Translations under genes and position numbers: made by a program
Shown: piece after piece, positions 46,131 through 54,307 of the stretch
How the letters are laid out: every line of letters starts with the position of its first letter
Numbering within the stretch: position 1 is the first letter of the stretch
NCBI GenBank assembly: GCA_944387915.1
Contig: CALXGT010000057.1
Location: forward strand, 9,990 to 73,989
DNA from: an uncultured Clostridia bacterium
GTDB lineage: Bacteria > Bacillota > Clostridia > Oscillospirales > Ruminococcaceae
Length of the DNA: 64,000 nt
Direction of reading: 5' to 3'
The notes under the pieces: model-generated
Databases searched by the model: none
Told to the model about the DNA's origin: nothing
What the model saw: only the letters and a program-made list of their open reading frames with translations

Positions 46131-46361
46131 AAAAAACACTCCTTTTCCTTAATTAAGTTTATTTTACCACTTTTGTTAAAAAATGTCATCATCAAACAGT
46201 AAAAAAACTCTCTTATCAAATGAAAATTATCACTTTGCAATAAAAAGGCAGTGCATTTTTGTGATTTATTCTGATAAAATAAAATTTTGCCTAAATTTCT
46301 TGCACATCTCCTTTCTTTGTCATACAATAAGAGAATAGACTAAAAAGAAAAGAGGACAATT

Positions 46362-47582
46362 ATGACTGCATCGCACCAAGAACCCCAAAAACTTTGGAAC
46401 CGCTCTTACATTCTGGTATTGTCTTTGGGGGTGTTTACTTCCATGGCATCTCAGATGGTAACACCCCTCATCTCCAAGTACGCCCTTTCTCTGGGCGCGC
46501 CGTTGACCTTTGCCGCTACCATTGCATCCATGATGTCCATTGCCGCTTTGGTATTTCGCCCGTTTTCCGGCATGGTTTCCGACCGGGTCAACCGGAAACT
46601 TTTGATGATTATCGGCACTTTAGTCACTGCCGCGTCCGTTTTCCTTTACTCTTTTGCCGAAGGCACCACATCTTTGATGATTATGCGGATGATACATGGA
46701 ATTGCCTTCTCTTTCATGGGCGTTGCCAATATGGCGTTTGGAAGCTCCTTTATTCCCAAAGACCGCATGGGAGAAGGTATGGGATATTTGGGACTGGGCG
46801 CTATTCTTTCTTCGGCAATTGGTCCCAACTTGGGATTATCCCTCAGCGAAAGCTTCGGATACCCCATCTGCTTTACCATTTCCGCGATTATTTCGCTGGC
46901 CGCAGTGGGAATGATGTGTATCATCCCCTATGAAGCGCCGAAAAAAACCGAAAAGAAGAAATTTTCCTTTAACGATCTTATTGCCGGGGAAATTGTAATC
47001 TACGCGATGATTATGGGTCTGTTTAGCTGTGGAAACGGTCTTTTAAATACCTACCTCGCTCTGATCGGTGACGAGCGGCACATTTCCAACATCGCCCTTT
47101 TCTTTACCGCCTACTCCGTCGCCATTGTAGTGATCCGTCCCCTTACCGGAAAGATTTTGGACCGGAGAGGTTTGACCGTTATCTTAATTCCCGCTTTATT
47201 TGTCGCCTGCATTAGTATGTTTATTGTCGGCGCGGCACATACCCTTTGGCTTTTCGTTCTGGCGGGAGCGTTGAAAGCTATCGGTCAAGGCGCCGGCTCC
47301 CCTTCCATCCAAGCGAACTGTGTTAAAACGTTAGGCCGGGAACGGGCGGGCGTCGCGAGCTCTACCTGTTACATCGGTCAGGATATCGGAAACGCGTTTG
47401 CTCCCATTGTAGGCGGTGTGGTCGCTACCTCTTACGGATATGATACCGTTTTTTATGGGTACGCAATTTTGCTCCTCGTATTAGGCCTGGGATTGTACTC
47501 CATCCAATTGAGAATCGAAAAACGGAAAACGAAAGCTGTAGACGAAAGCCCTTTGATTTCCACTGCTGTCATTCCTGAGTAG
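46362..47582 (+). CDS. MFS transporter
   Basis: 406 aa, 12 TM segments. GMVSDRVNRK loop 2-3 motif. Divergent from the esterase array. Confidence 0.88.
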   Translation: MTASHQEPQKLWNRSYILVLSLGVFTSMASQMVTPLISKYALSLGAPLTFAATIASMMSIAALVFRPFSGMVSDRVNRKLLMIIGTLVTAASVFLYSFAEGTTSLMIMRMIHGIAFSFMGVANMAFGSSFIPKDRMGEGMGYLGLGAILSSAIGPNLGLSLSESFGYPICFTISAIISLAAVGMMCIIPYEAPKKTEKKKFSFNDLIAGEIVIYAMIMGLFSCGNGLLNTYLALIGDERHISNIALFFTAYSVAIVVIRPLTGKILDRRGLTVILIPALFVACISMFIVGAAHTLWLFVLAGALKAIGQGAGSPSIQANCVKTLGRERAGVASSTCYIGQDIGNAFAPIVGGVVATSYGYDTVFYGYAILLLVLGLGLYSIQLRIEKRKTKAVDESPLISTAVIPE

Positions 47583-47603
47583 TTTGTAATAGGAACTGTT
47601 TGT

Positions 47604-47637
47604 AAAAAAACGGAGCGGAAAACCGCTCCGTTTTTTT
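47604..47637. terminator. Bidirectional terminator between the convergent MFS and GH3 genes
   Basis: A7-cggagcgg-aaaa-ccgctccg-T7. Confidence 0.85.
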
Positions 47638-47639
47638 CA

Positions 47640-50504
47640 TTAAAGGTCGGGATAGTGCTGTTTCATCGCCAAAGAACGCATGATCACTGAGAGATTGTTT
47701 ATCGCGCAGCGCTGCACATCGCCGGTACAAATCTTCGGATGATTTTGCCATATTCCCCGATAGGTAATAGATTTTTTGTCCGGCGCAATCGTGGCAATTT
47801 TATTGGTAATAGGCCGCTCTTTTTGGAGTTTTGGTCCTTCCTTGGTTAGAAGCAGCTTATTCTCCGCGTATTGAAGCTCACCGTTCACAGAAAGAATCCC
47901 GTCGACAAACTCGATCTCACAATCGGTGGAAATGGGAGCTACGACTTCGTCGCTTCCCCCTTCATCCGGCAGGAAAGAGTTCCATTCAGGCACAGAAATG
48001 GGAATAAAAATCCGCTCCGTGCGGTAGGAAATCCCGCCGTTTTCCTGGAATACGGGAGGAATCGTCTGGAACGCCATCAAAATATTCATGATCCGCGCGC
48101 TTCCACCGGGCATGATCAAATCATTCCCCGCATGCATGGAAATGTAAGGCGTGGAACGTCCGCCGTTCCAGTCGGTCATAATCAGTCCATCGAAGCCCCA
48201 CTCGCCTCTGGCGATGTTGGTGTTCATCGAGTAATGATCCGCCGCCGGAATTCCGTTGATCCGGTTGTAGGAGGTCATAATGGTCATCGGCTTAGATTCC
48301 TTAACGGCAATCTCAAACCCTTTCAGGTAAATTTCCCGCAACGCCCGTTCGCTCACCACCGAATCCTCACTGTTTCGGTTGGTTTCCTGGTTGTTGGCGG
48401 CAAAGTGCTTGATACAGGCGCCGATTCCATCCCGGCTCTGAATGCCTTTTACGATCGCGGCTCCCATCTTTCCGGTGAGAAGGGGATCTTCGCTGTAATA
48501 CTCGAAGTTTCTTCCGCACAGAGGGTCACGATGGATGTTCATACCGGGACCAAGCAAAACCGCGATTCCGATTTCCTCAAGTTCCTCGGAAAATGCCTTA
48601 CCGACTTCCTCGAGAAGAGCCTCATCGAAGCTTTGCGCCAAAAGGGTTCCCACCGGCCAGGCAGTGCAAAAATGGAACTTCTCTACCTTTTCTCCGGTAG
48701 CCAAATCGGTAGCGGTAAAATGCTGGCCTACCCGAACACCGCCGGGGCCGTCAGCTACCACCATGGAAGGAATACCGAACTCCTCCATCATATCCACTGT
48801 CTCTCCGGCAGCGCCGGGAATGGTGGCGGAATTACTTCCGATAATGGGAGAACTGTCGTTCTGGACGCCCCATCCGGTACCGCAGTTTAACGTAGCAAGC
48901 TGTAAAGGAGAAAGCTGTGCAACTAACTCGGCAAGCGTTGCCTTACCCTGGTAAACATCTTTGAGGGTAATATTCTTCTTCTCTACGAGGCATACCGATT
49001 CATACGGCATCACGGCCTTGTAATCCGGATCGGTAGTGTAAGTGGTCACCTTCTCATCCCAATAAGGAGAGGCATGGTTTTCGGTTTTTACCGCATCCGC
49101 TTCCAGCGCAAACACGGGACAGCCGGAGAAATCCTCGGTGGGCTGGTAGCCTACCGCGCCCGTCTTGCTGATCTCCTGAAGCGCCGTCTGCAAGCGCATT
49201 TCGTTGCGAAGCTGCTCGGTCACCAGCGTTTTTGACACTTTGACCTGGCAAACAGGCATGGTATTTCTTGAAGAGGTTCCGACCCGAACTTGGTACTCCC
49301 CTTTTTCCAAAATATAAGCTGCCGACTCCTGGTCATAGCTGGCAACGTTGCGGAAGGGGAAAGAAAGGGTAAGCGTCTCTTTCTCCCCGGGGGCGAGAAG
49401 TTTTGTCTTCCCAAACGCCGCGAGAGCCTGGAAAGGCTTTTCCAGCTTTCCATCCGGTGCGGAAACATAAAGCTGAAGCACTTCTTTCCCGGCGTAAGTA
49501 TCTCCCACATTGGTCACAGTGACCGTCACGGAAAGATCCTCTCCGGAAAGAGCAGCGGTTACATTCCCGAGGGAGAACTGCGTATAGCTTAACCCGTATC
49601 CGAAAGGATACAAAGGCGCAATGCCAAAGGTATCGAAATACCGATACCCAACATAGATTCCTTCCTCGTATTTCTCGGTGTCTACATTGTTGTCATTGTT
49701 GGAGAAGGTTGCGGACGCGGGGTAATCTGCGTACGTTTTCGCCCAGGTATCAGTCAATTTTCCGCTGGGGGTAACTTTCCCTGTTATCACGTCCGCCAGT
49801 GCCAAACCGCCTTCCTGGCCCGCCTGACACATCGAGAGGATAGCACCCAGGCCGGAAATACCCTGCACTTCACTCAAATCCACAGGTCCGCCGCTGTTGA
49901 GTACCAATACCACTTTGGAGAAGGTGCCGCAAAGAGTATGGATGATCTCTTTTTCATGCGCGCTCAGGCAATAGTCGCCCATTTCATACTCTACACCGTC
50001 TTCGGTGATAGTGTAGGTCATTGTACGGTCATGTCCTTCACCCGTATTCCGGGAAAGGACATAAATCGCCGTATCCGTTTTTTCAGCACAAGCGGAAATT
50101 TCCTCTTTGGAAGGCATGTATTCAGGAAAGCTGAACACCGCCATGGGATTGTAGCTGTTTTTCACCATCTTGGCATCATACTTTTCCGCGTAAGCCGAAA
50201 GCGATTCCCGGTTCACAACCTGGAACCCCTCGGAAAGAAACGCGTCCATAATATTGATATGATACCGCGGACTTTGATTAACTAAAATGTCTCCGCCGCC
50301 GGAAACACCGCCGTTAAAAGGATCTCCAGAACCGGTTCCGCCGCGAATGGTTCGAACGGCGCCGCTTCCAAACAATGCAATGGTTCTTTCGGTCAACGGA
50401 AGAGTTTGATTTTCATTTTTCAGTAAAACCATGCCTTCCGCACCGGCTCTACGCGCTATTTTCGCGTTTCGGATTTCCCGTTCACTCATCGAAGGGTACT
50501 GCAT
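47640..50504 (-). CDS. Glycoside hydrolase family 3 beta-glucosidase with permuted domain order
   Basis: 954 aa from ATG 50504 (behind GGAGG). The sandwich-domain block (AEGMVLLKNENQTLPL) and Fn3-like block (GLSYTQF...LQLYVS) come before the barrel blocks KHFAANNQE and LIMTDW. Confidence 0.88.
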   Translation of the reverse strand: MQYPSMSEREIRNAKIARRAGAEGMVLLKNENQTLPLTERTIALFGSGAVRTIRGGTGSGDPFNGGVSGGGDILVNQSPRYHINIMDAFLSEGFQVVNRESLSAYAEKYDAKMVKNSYNPMAVFSFPEYMPSKEEISACAEKTDTAIYVLSRNTGEGHDRTMTYTITEDGVEYEMGDYCLSAHEKEIIHTLCGTFSKVVLVLNSGGPVDLSEVQGISGLGAILSMCQAGQEGGLALADVITGKVTPSGKLTDTWAKTYADYPASATFSNNDNNVDTEKYEEGIYVGYRYFDTFGIAPLYPFGYGLSYTQFSLGNVTAALSGEDLSVTVTVTNVGDTYAGKEVLQLYVSAPDGKLEKPFQALAAFGKTKLLAPGEKETLTLSFPFRNVASYDQESAAYILEKGEYQVRVGTSSRNTMPVCQVKVSKTLVTEQLRNEMRLQTALQEISKTGAVGYQPTEDFSGCPVFALEADAVKTENHASPYWDEKVTTYTTDPDYKAVMPYESVCLVEKKNITLKDVYQGKATLAELVAQLSPLQLATLNCGTGWGVQNDSSPIIGSNSATIPGAAGETVDMMEEFGIPSMVVADGPGGVRVGQHFTATDLATGEKVEKFHFCTAWPVGTLLAQSFDEALLEEVGKAFSEELEEIGIAVLLGPGMNIHRDPLCGRNFEYYSEDPLLTGKMGAAIVKGIQSRDGIGACIKHFAANNQETNRNSEDSVVSERALREIYLKGFEIAVKESKPMTIMTSYNRINGIPAADHYSMNTNIARGEWGFDGLIMTDWNGGRSTPYISMHAGNDLIMPGGSARIMNILMAFQTIPPVFQENGGISYRTERIFIPISVPEWNSFLPDEGGSDEVVAPISTDCEIEFVDGILSVNGELQYAENKLLLTKEGPKLQKERPITNKIATIAPDKKSITYRGIWQNHPKICTGDVQRCAINNLSVIMRSLAMKQHYPDL

Positions 50505-50518
50505 ATTGGCCTCCGTAC

Positions 50519-51286
50519 TTAAATTTTTCTCAGCTCGCCCGCGTAAGCGTCGGTGCGGGGAAGCCAGCGAATGAACTGTTCTACCGTATCGTTCCAAAAA
50601 CGCCACTCGTGGGCTTTTCCTTTCGCTTCCTGCCAGGTGACATCTGCGCCCAACTCCTTTAACATATCCCGGAATGCGGCATCTTGGGTATACAGGGGAT
50701 CGTCAGTTCCGCAAGAAAGGAAGACTTTTGGGAATTCTTTCTTTTCTTCCGCAATGCGGCGAGCCGCCATCTCAGGATCATCCGGTTTCAGAGCCGCGCC
50801 GGGGAGTTGAATACCGGCGGAAAAGCCACCGATCGCCCGGTACAGTTCAGGATGATTCAATCCGTTATACAAAGCGCCGTAACCGCCCATGGAAAGACCG
50901 GCCAGGTAGCTGTCCTCCCGCTTAGTGGAAATGGGGAAATACGCGCTCAAGAACTCAGGAAGCTCTTTGGTGAGAAAATCGCCGAAGAGATTCTTATCGA
51001 TGCCCTGGCTGGGCTGGTTTTTGAACGCCTTGTTCTCGCCGGAGAAAATTGCTACCGCAATATTGGCTTCCTCTGCGAAAAACTCAATATTGGTGTAGGA
51101 GGTCCAAGCGTTAAAGTCATTCCATCCGCCATGGAGCAGATACAAAATAGGATATTTCCCCTTGGGAAGCGTATGGGAAGCGTCCGGCATACAAGATTCC
51201 GGACAGGTCATAGACGGAACGATTACCGTCATCTCAATGCTCCGGGCCAACGAATAGGAAATAAACGAACAAGTAAAACGCGCCAT
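50519..51286 (-). CDS. Putative esterase (PF00756-type), distant paralog of the array
   Basis: YPILYLLHGG, GLSMGGYG, GTDD, and HEWRFW motifs. ATG 51286 lies behind GAAGGAG. Confidence 0.85.
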   Translation of the reverse strand: MARFTCSFISYSLARSIEMTVIVPSMTCPESCMPDASHTLPKGKYPILYLLHGGWNDFNAWTSYTNIEFFAEEANIAVAIFSGENKAFKNQPSQGIDKNLFGDFLTKELPEFLSAYFPISTKREDSYLAGLSMGGYGALYNGLNHPELYRAIGGFSAGIQLPGAALKPDDPEMAARRIAEEKKEFPKVFLSCGTDDPLYTQDAAFRDMLKELGADVTWQEAKGKAHEWRFWNDTVEQFIRWLPRTDAYAGELRKI

Positions 51287-51316
51287 AACAATCTCCTTCA
51301 ATTACCAAAGATTTTT

Positions 51317-52141
51317 TTATTCAATCAAGCCAGTTTCTTTCATGTTGTAGCAAGCGGCGGTGAGGCTCTCTTTCTGATCCAAATGGTTGTAGAAATCCTG
51401 TTCCACGATCGCCCATTCGATATTTTCCTCAATACCCGCTTGCAGGCAACCCTTCAGATCCAACTCACCGGTTCCAACGGTAGTGAACTGAGGTACTTTT
51501 ACATTGTCAAACCGGGGATAATTCACAATATTAGGCTGGTAGTCCTTAATATGCAACGCAGCGATCCGTTTTTTCAGCTGATGAATCAGTTTTACCGGAT
51601 CCGCGCCGGCAAAGTCCGCCCAACCGCAATCCAGCTCGAAGGTCAACGCCTCGGTGTTGGCGGCAATCAGTTGAAGCTGGGGAACGCCTTTGTAGCACTG
51701 TCTAAGCTCCACGTCATGGTTATGATACATCAGGCTAATGCCTTCCTTTTTAAAGAAAGCCGCTTTGGTTTCAAAGTCCTCGATCTCTTTCATGATCTCG
51801 TCATAAGGAGCGGGATCGGGTCTGCCGCCAAAGCGATACGCCGACGCCAGATTATCAAACGCCACAACCCGAGTCACTTCCAGCTTATGGGCATTCTCTA
51901 CCAGCTCTTCCATGGTTACAGGAGGCCGTCCGGGGAAGCTCATATAGCTGATATCAATAGGAGTGATCCCATAGCTTCTTACCCGCTTTAAATTTTCTTT
52001 TACATCGCCGTCCAAAAGAGCGGTTCCGTTTTCGAAGCCTTTAAAGCCCAATTTTCCGTAGTATTCCAGATAACTGTAATACTCTTCTCCCTTCACACCG
52101 AAGGGCATAAAATTAATAAAACCTGCTTTAATTTTTTCCAT
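51317..52141 (-). CDS. Sugar phosphate isomerase/epimerase (xylose isomerase-like TIM barrel)
   Basis: About 274 aa with an AP_endonuc_2-like pattern (..NHD.EL....; LHIKD..; WAIVEQD). Confidence 0.75.
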   Translation of the reverse strand: MEKIKAGFINFMPFGVKGEEYYSYLEYYGKLGFKGFENGTALLDGDVKENLKRVRSYGITPIDISYMSFPGRPPVTMEELVENAHKLEVTRVVAFDNLASAYRFGGRPDPAPYDEIMKEIEDFETKAAFFKKEGISLMYHNHDVELRQCYKGVPQLQLIAANTEALTFELDCGWADFAGADPVKLIHQLKKRIAALHIKDYQPNIVNYPRFDNVKVPQFTTVGTGELDLKGCLQAGIEENIEWAIVEQDFYNHLDQKESLTAACYNMKETGLIE

Positions 52142-52248
52142 TTTTTTCTTCCTTTCCAATAATAAATTCTAAACAAATAATAAAGCCCGCCTTAAATAAC
52201 AAACCGAAGCCGGCGTTATTACAGACAGGCCTTATCAACAGAGAAAAA

Positions 52249-53949
52249 TTACTCAGCGAGCTTCCAAACCTTGTTGTTGAAACGATCAACAGAAGTCTGT
52301 TTCAGCTCGATGCAACGAGCGATGTTCATGCCGTTAACGGTATCAACATAAGTTTCCCACTCGGCGTCAATGTCTCTGGTCCCCAAAATAAAGGAAACGG
52401 TCATTTCCTGAACGTAGGTCTGAATGTCCAGATACAGGTCGTCGTACTCCTGAGACTCCTCGGAAGTAAAGGAAGCAGCGGCAGGGAGCATAATCGCGTC
52501 AGTTTCCTGACCCCAGATCTCGTAAGCTCTCTCGCTCCAGTCGTTTCCGGTGAGCTCGTACAGCTGCCAGCCGTCTTTCCAATCCATAAATCCTACATCA
52601 TAGCAGGTGGTGTAAGCGGTAACCATGGAAGTGGTAGAGCGGCCAGGCTCCTCAGGATATTTGATGAGGTCAGTATAAACGTAGTACCACTCGCTGTCCG
52701 GATCCACTTCGTAGGAAACCCCTTCGACACCGTAAGCGTTGAGCACATCATAGTCATAGGTGTAGTGCCAGTCAAGCCATTGGGCCAAAATGGGCATCTC
52801 TTCCTCAGGAACGGAAGTGGTCACATAGGTGGGTTGCAGCGCGATGTTCGCCTGATAAGTAACCTGGATCTCGTCGCCTTCTTCCGCAACAACACCATAC
52901 ATCGGCTCAAGATAGAAGTCGGGGTTATCGGTAGAACCCTGGTTATACAACGTTTTACCGCACTGACCATGAAGCGCAACGCCGACGCCGCATTTCTCGG
53001 TAGCAAAGGTCTCGTTGGTGCTCATAACATACCAACCGTTATTGGTGGTAAAGTCAGGATTGATAAGACCCTCCGCGTACCAGTCGCGCATCAATTCGCA
53101 GTATGCTTTATATCCATCCGTAGTAGGGCCATAAGCCACCTTACCGTTATCCATGTAGTAGCTGGAGGTCACGCCAAAGGTAGAAAGAATATAGTCGTTT
53201 CCAAGAATACCGGTAGCATGGAAATCCATCCAGGCGCCGTAATTCTCTTTAAACGCAACCAAGACCTCATGGAGATCGTCAACCGTTACGGGAACCTCCA
53301 TATTCAGTTCCTCGAGCCAGTCTCTTCGAATCGCCATACCGCACCAGTTGGGCTCGTTTTCGATTACAACCTGCTGGTTGTGACCGTCAACATAAGTACG
53401 GATCATGTAAAGGCCAACGTTGTTTCCCTCATCAGTGATGACAATTCGCCGAATGTCCTCCCGATCCTCAAGAAGGGTACGGTAGTTGGGCATATAATAT
53501 TTGACGTAATCGGTCATATTCCAGAGAACGCCGTCGCTGACTCCGGCTTCTTCTCCACCGGGATAGGGGAGCTGACCGTTGTCAAAGATCATATCCGGCC
53601 ATTCACCGGCAGCAAGCATCAAACCGTATTTTTCAACAGCGGCAGTACCGGGAACACAGGTATAGTCGATGTGAATATTGGTGAGTTCTTCGATCTTCTG
53701 GATCGCCGCCACTTCTCCGTAATTGGAAAGATAGTCATCGGACCATCCTCTCCAGGAAGTGAAGGTCATCTTTTCTTCGGTAATAGGAAGGGTGATCTCT
53801 GTAAGCGGCTCTAATTCTTCCGTATCCTCCGCCGTCTGAGAGCTTCCTCCACTGCTACCGCTTGACGAATTGCCCGTATCTTCGCCGCAGGAAACAAAGG
53901 CCATACAGCACATAGAAAGAGCGAGAATCAACGTCAACAGCTTTTTCAT
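52249..53949 (-). CDS. Extracellular solute-binding lipoprotein (large family-1 SBP, LplA-like), paralog 1
   Basis: Lipobox LSMCCMAFVSCGE. 566 aa. About 75% identical by eye to the neighbouring paralog. Confidence 0.88.
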   Translation of the reverse strand: MKKLLTLILALSMCCMAFVSCGEDTGNSSSGSSGGSSQTAEDTEELEPLTEITLPITEEKMTFTSWRGWSDDYLSNYGEVAAIQKIEELTNIHIDYTCVPGTAAVEKYGLMLAAGEWPDMIFDNGQLPYPGGEEAGVSDGVLWNMTDYVKYYMPNYRTLLEDREDIRRIVITDEGNNVGLYMIRTYVDGHNQQVVIENEPNWCGMAIRRDWLEELNMEVPVTVDDLHEVLVAFKENYGAWMDFHATGILGNDYILSTFGVTSSYYMDNGKVAYGPTTDGYKAYCELMRDWYAEGLINPDFTTNNGWYVMSTNETFATEKCGVGVALHGQCGKTLYNQGSTDNPDFYLEPMYGVVAEEGDEIQVTYQANIALQPTYVTTSVPEEEMPILAQWLDWHYTYDYDVLNAYGVEGVSYEVDPDSEWYYVYTDLIKYPEEPGRSTTSMVTAYTTCYDVGFMDWKDGWQLYELTGNDWSERAYEIWGQETDAIMLPAAASFTSEESQEYDDLYLDIQTYVQEMTVSFILGTRDIDAEWETYVDTVNGMNIARCIELKQTSVDRFNNKVWKLAE

Positions 53950-53985
53950 TTTCTTGCCTCCATAAAAAGATTTCCCTTTTGTTTA

Positions 53986-54020
53986 CGAAAAAAGGCAGAA
54001 TAAACAACTTCTACCTTTTA
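53986..54020 (-). promoter_or_regulatory. Terminator-like hairpin in the 5' leader of SBP paralog 1
   Basis: Minus-strand RNA: AGGUAGA-loop-UCUGCCU followed by UUUUU, about 40 nt upstream of the start. The downstream leader ggaaatctttttatggagg is shared with paralog 2. Confidence 0.45.
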
Positions 54021-54307
54021 ACAAAACAAACAGGATTGACACCGTGCCCACCGGGCACAATCTCATCTTAACCGATTGATCCAATCGGCGGCAAGAAATA
54101 TTTCTCCGCTTTGTAGACACAAGTTACTTCGAATTGGTCACTTAATAACAAAATAACGACTTTAAGTAATTTCTTTTGTTGAAAAAGTGGAAAATATTCT
54201 TTGGAAAACCTATTTACCGTCTTTTGTCTGTCTGTTATTCAATTTTCTAAATTTTCTGCGTGTCAGGTAAAATACCCGACACGCAGACGTTGTGACATAT
54301 TAAATTA

